Assembly (NCBI GenBank): GCA_034670305.1
Contig: JAXMNT010000007.1
Location: 96,001-160,000 of the forward strand
Origin: Deltaproteobacteria bacterium
GTDB lineage: Bacteria; Myxococcota_A; Polyangia; Polyangiales; Houyiibacteriaceae
DNA length: 64,000 nt
Reading direction: 5' to 3'
Shown here piece after piece: positions 60,130 through 64,000 of the stretch (positions are counted from its first letter, which is position 1; each line of letters starts with the position of its first letter). A program made the position numbers and the translations under genes. A model generated the notes under the pieces. The model worked only from the letters and a program-made list of their open reading frames with translations. It made no database searches and was not told where the DNA came from.

Positions 60130-62492
60130 GGAGCCCCTCGGGAGTTCCTACGTTGTCCGGATCCTCGAGTTCGTTCAAGGAGGCGGTCCCGCCGCGCACA
60201 GGCCGCCCTCTGCCCGAGGGAGCACAACTCGGATTCAGCGGTCAGCGCCCGACCAAGCTGGTCCATCTCACGGGCCAGCCTGGAAAGTTCGACCAGAGGC
60301 CGATGTTCTCGGGGTGCAAGCCGGTGGGCCTCTTCCAGGGCACGCATCTGAGCGCCCTGGTTCCCCAGGTCCTCCTCGAGACTTGCGAGAAGAAGAGCTG
60401 CCTGGAGCAGTTTTCTCGCCGACCCCGAAGCCAGTCCACGCAGTCGCCCAATCTCCTCACGCATTGCGGGGGCATCGCCCTGTGCCGCCAACAACTCCGC
60501 CCGCGCTGCGGACGTTGTACTCGTCGGGGGCAACCGGTCCAGCACGGCCGCAGCCGAGGCCCACTCCGCCCTGGAAACATAGAGTTCCGACAGCGCCACG
60601 GCGAGGGACTGATTTGCGGGGTGCAGCTGGGAGCTCGTTTCAAGCAGACCGATGGCGCCCACAACGTCCCCCGCGTCGCTGCGTGCTCGAGCCGTCCGGC
60701 GGGTTGCATCGGGATGGCCAGGAGCCTCCGTCAGGAGGAGTTGGTCGACTTCATCGCGTGTCTCTCCCGAGGTGCACCGGCCGAGCCCCTCAAGCACGTG
60801 GAGTCGCTGGGGCCCCGACAGTGGCACCGCACTCAGGATCCCCGGGACCGCGGAGTACCCACAAAGCTGTTCCATGACGACACTGGGCTGCAAAGTCGTC
60901 GCCTCTCGAAGCTCCAACAGCGCCTGGTCGCGCGCGCCGAGCCGCCACAAAGCGTCCGCCGCCATCGCGTGGGGGGATGCCCATCCCGGCGCCAGCTCCA
61001 TCGACCGGTTCAGCCAGCGGAGGGCGCGCCGCGGGTCGGTTTGAGCCTCCTCGTGTGCGACCCATAGCAGGATCGATGCGTCCAGCGGATGCAGTCGAAC
61101 GGCATCGCGAAAGTCCCCCTCGAAATCAGACCGGAGCGCACGCACGAGACTGTCGGGCCGACGACTGTGTACTCCCGGTGCCAAGACGCACACCACTGCC
61201 GCGAAGACACCCCATGTACCCCAAGCGCCGCGCCGTCGTCTCGAGCCCTTTTCCCGTGGGAGAAGCGTGGCCAACATCCCCACCGCGATCATCGCGATGG
61301 GAAGAAGTTCCAACGCGTAGTCGACCAGGTCGTGGACAAGGAGCGCCGCAACGACGCCGGCAAGCATCTTCGACGTGCTCCTGGTTCCTCGGTCCGTCGC
61401 AGTTCGGTACAGAAGTCGACCGATCACCGCGATGGCGAAGAGGGTGAACGGCACCCCCCATTCACTTCCCCACTGAACCACGATGTTCTCTGGGTAGAGG
61501 AAACGACTGGTCGTCCCCTCCAAGCTCGCGAACACGGAACCGAACGCGCCCCTCCCGACTCCGAGCACGGGAAAGCTCGCTACGAGTTCAAGTCCCCGCC
61601 CAGCGACTTCGAGTTTCGTGAAGTCAGAGTCCAGAAAATCTCGCTGGAGCGCCCCCAGTCCGACGTAGGCTGCCACGGCTGCGCCGGCACCCAACATGGG
61701 AACCAGCAGTGAGCGGGTGCTCCCTCTCCGACACCAGACGATCCAGGCAAACCCCAGCAGAAGCCCAAGAACGCCTCCGCGGGACACAGCGATGAGGCAC
61801 ACCGCCACGCACACCGCCCCGAATACCCAGCACACCCGCTTGCCAACTTCGTTCGTGCGTCGGTGCAGAGCCAGGATCACGAAGAGTTGGCCTCCCAGCG
61901 CTGCGACTCCCGACAGATGGTTGTTGTTCGTCAGAGGGGTGAGGAAGTTCGGCGCACGATGTGCCGGCAGGTAGGTCCCCCACACCTGGTCGAGCGCCAG
62001 CACCTCGTGAACGGCTCCCGCAGTGACGAGGAGCCCTACCGCGCTCGCACTGGTCACCACGATTGCGTACTGGCCACCGGAGGTGTTCGACACCAGACGT
62101 GCGGCGAAGTACGCACTGGCCACCCCCACTGTGACGAGGAGAGCTTCCATCGTAGCGCCAGGGTCAAGTGTGAGCGGAGCCCAGGCGCTCGTACTCCCAG
62201 CGAGCTCGAGGCTTCGCTGAGCTACGAGGCGGTTGGGTGCCAAGTACTCCAACACTGCGAGCGGCACAGGGACCAACTGAAAAGCGGTCAGCACGACTGC
62301 GCCGAGAACCAGTCCATCCAAGCGCTGGAGCCTTGGGATGGTGCGTTCGGTGAGAAGGACAGCCAGAAACCCAAAGAGGGCCGAGGCGGCGATGACGCCA
62401 ACGGACCAACCCGGTTCCCCACCCATGACGAGGGGACCCAGTGCAATCGGTGCCAGGGCGAACCAGCGCGCCTGGGTGCGCTCGATCCTCAT
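60126..62492 (-). CDS. O-antigen ligase/Wzy_C family membrane protein with TPR tail
   Basis: Multiple TMs, NNNHL, SRGG, PVLGVGRGAF, ENIVVQW.SEWG, HDLVDY; TPR-like C-terminus. Confidence 0.82.
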   Translation of the reverse strand: MRIERTQARWFALAPIALGPLVMGGEPGWSVGVIAASALFGFLAVLLTERTIPRLQRLDGLVLGAVVLTAFQLVPVPLAVLEYLAPNRLVAQRSLELAGSTSAWAPLTLDPGATMEALLVTVGVASAYFAARLVSNTSGGQYAIVVTSASAVGLLVTAGAVHEVLALDQVWGTYLPAHRAPNFLTPLTNNNHLSGVAALGGQLFVILALHRRTNEVGKRVCWVFGAVCVAVCLIAVSRGGVLGLLLGFAWIVWCRRGSTRSLLVPMLGAGAAVAAYVGLGALQRDFLDSDFTKLEVAGRGLELVASFPVLGVGRGAFGSVFASLEGTTSRFLYPENIVVQWGSEWGVPFTLFAIAVIGRLLYRTATDRGTRSTSKMLAGVVAALLVHDLVDYALELLPIAMIAVGMLATLLPREKGSRRRRGAWGTWGVFAAVVCVLAPGVHSRRPDSLVRALRSDFEGDFRDAVRLHPLDASILLWVAHEEAQTDPRRALRWLNRSMELAPGWASPHAMAADALWRLGARDQALLELREATTLQPSVVMEQLCGYSAVPGILSAVPLSGPQRLHVLEGLGRCTSGETRDEVDQLLLTEAPGHPDATRRTARARSDAGDVVGAIGLLETSSQLHPANQSLAVALSELYVSRAEWASAAAVLDRLPPTSTTSAARAELLAAQGDAPAMREEIGRLRGLASGSARKLLQAALLLASLEEDLGNQGAQMRALEEAHRLAPREHRPLVELSRLAREMDQLGRALTAESELCSLGQRAACARRDRLLERTRGSGQRRNSRGAP

Positions 62493-62500
62493 TGGCGGAC

Positions 62501-64000
62501 CTAGGGGTGGACCGCGAGGACGGGGCTTGGAGATGACTGCTGGACTGGGTCGGGGTCTTGGAGTCCTCCGGTGTACTCGGGGACGATTGCCCGCAACAGC
62601 TCAGCGAACCCGTTGCTCTTGCCTTCCACGCTCATCAGCAGAAGGGATGTGACCTTGGCTTGAACTTCGGGTTCGGCCGGGGCGAGATTGCCGATGTAGA
62701 TCTTGGGGTGTTTCGTTCTGGTCGCGTGTTCTGCGTCCGTCGCAAGTTCTTCGAACAGTTTCTCACCTGGGCGGCACCCTGAGAAGACGACCTCGATGTC
62801 GTCTCCCTCCCGAAGCCCCGACAACGCGATGAGGTCTCGGGCCAGGTCCACGATTCGCACAGGTTCTCCCATGTCGAGCACGAAAATCTCGCCGCCTTCA
62901 CCCATCGACCCGGCCTGAAGCACCAGCTGGCACGCCTCCGGAATGGTCATGAAGTACCGACTCATCTCTGGATGGGTGACCGTTACGGGACCCCCACGCG
63001 CGATCTGCTCACGGAAGATCGGGACCACGCTCCCATTGGAACCAAGCACGTTCCCAAACCGCACCGTCACGAACCGGGTGCTGCTCTGCCGAGCCACCGT
63101 CTGGACGTAGAGTTCCGCGATTCGTTTGGTGGCACCCATGACAGAAGTGGGGTTCACCGCCTTGTCGGTGCTGACCATGACGAACGAGTCACAGCCAAAG
63201 CGATGGCTCATGTCCGCGACGATCTTGCTCCCGCCGACGTTGTTCTTGATGGCTTCGCCTGGGTTCCACTCCATCATCGGCACGTGCTTGTGGGCCGCCG
63301 CATGAAAGACCGCATGGGGCCGATGGCGCGCGAAGATGCTCTCCATCCGCGCAACGTCGGTCACGTCCGCGATCAGGGGGACAACCCCTAGGTGTTGGAG
63401 TTCTCGGTGAATCTCGAAGAGGGCCCCCTCGGCCTGTTCGACCAACACCAGCTTTCGGGGGTTGAACCGTGCAATCTGCCTGCACAGTTCGCTGCCGATG
63501 CTCCCCCCCGCGCCGGTGACCAGTACGACACGATCCTCCAGAAACGACTCCAGTGCGGTGAGGTCCAAGTCAACTGGCTCACGTCCGAGGAGGTCCTCGA
63601 TCGCGACGTCTCGGATTCTGGAGAGGTTGACCTGCCCGCCAACGATTTCGTAGAGACCCGGAATGATCTTCACGGGAAGCCCTGCGTCCTCGCAGACCGT
63701 GCGAATCCGACGGACGACGGATCCAGGTACGTTGGCCATCGTGATGAGCGCTTGGCGGGCGCCAAGTTCGGCTGCTAGGCGAGGCACGTCTTCGGTCACG
63801 CCGACCACGGGCACACCGTGAATCACGGTCCCCCGCTTCACCGCATCGTCGTCGACAAAGCCCACGGGTAGGACGAAGAGGTCGGGCCGCTGTCGAAGCT
63901 CCCGCGCGACCATCACCCCTGCCTGTCCCGCCCCTATCAGCAGGGTTGCCACGGGTTCGCGGCCAGGAGGAACGACCTCCGAACGTCGATCCGACCGTTC
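62501..64000 (-). CDS. UDP-GlcNAc 4,6-dehydratase, PglF/CapD/WbpM family, 5'-partial
   Basis: IEDLLGR, TGAGGSIGSE, HAAAHKHVP, STDKAVNP..VMGATK, RFGNVLGS.GSV, RPGEKLFEEL; frame open to the window edge. Confidence 0.95.
   Translation of the reverse strand, partial: ERSDRRSEVVPPGREPVATLLIGAGQAGVMVARELRQRPDLFVLPVGFVDDDAVKRGTVIHGVPVVGVTEDVPRLAAELGARQALITMANVPGSVVRRIRTVCEDAGLPVKIIPGLYEIVGGQVNLSRIRDVAIEDLLGREPVDLDLTALESFLEDRVVLVTGAGGSIGSELCRQIARFNPRKLVLVEQAEGALFEIHRELQHLGVVPLIADVTDVARMESIFARHRPHAVFHAAAHKHVPMMEWNPGEAIKNNVGGSKIVADMSHRFGCDSFVMVSTDKAVNPTSVMGATKRIAELYVQTVARQSSTRFVTVRFGNVLGSNGSVVPIFREQIARGGPVTVTHPEMSRYFMTIPEACQLVLQAGSMGEGGEIFVLDMGEPVRIVDLARDLIALSGLREGDDIEVVFSGCRPGEKLFEELATDAEHATRTKHPKIYIGNLAPAEPEVQAKVTSLLLMSVEGKSNGFAELLRAIVPEYTGGLQDPDPVQQSSPSPVLAVHP

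Overview
A high-GC chromosomal segment, most likely from a Myxococcota (Polyangia/Sandaracinus-like) bacterium. This is inferred from Glt/Agl gliding-type proteins, several sigma54 and ECF systems, and Cys-rich lipoproteins. I saw no rRNA, tRNA, CRISPR array or transposase. From left to right: (1) the end of the infB operon (L7Ae-like, infB, DUF503, rbfA, nrnA, truB); (2) a Stig1-repeat lipoprotein, an FAD oxidoreductase and an orphan GltG/PglI paralog; (3) a sigma54-driven unit of MBL hydrolase, GAF-enhancer-binding protein and glk; (4) cysC and ruvX-mltG-DUF72; (5) eno coupled to a biotin carboxylase homolog lacking catalytic residues; (6) ybeY, a DnaA-box-like cluster and HU; (7) a TonB-anchor-like protein back to back with an L,D-transpeptidase; (8) a sigma54-driven IPCT-like cytidylyltransferase; (9) an ECF sigma factor with a FecR/TonB-C-like hybrid anti-sigma; (10) a GldAFG+DUF4340 ABC module; (11) a receiver protein and an MshEN protein; (12) a plant/fungal-type Fpg, an NtrC-family regulator, an RsbR-like protein, lysC and a second ECF pair; (13) an 11.4-kb glt/nfs-like trans-envelope cluster next to a polysaccharide export and biosynthesis locus whose codon usage looks different. 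The best candidate for a new system is the glt-like cluster. It has no GltA/B/H barrel of its own, contains a degenerate AglR/TolQ and a His-less GltG, and abuts a barrel/short-OPX/Wzc export locus. Both GltG paralogs in the window share an ECF-type promoter. All family assignments come from motif recognition by eye; no database searches were run.
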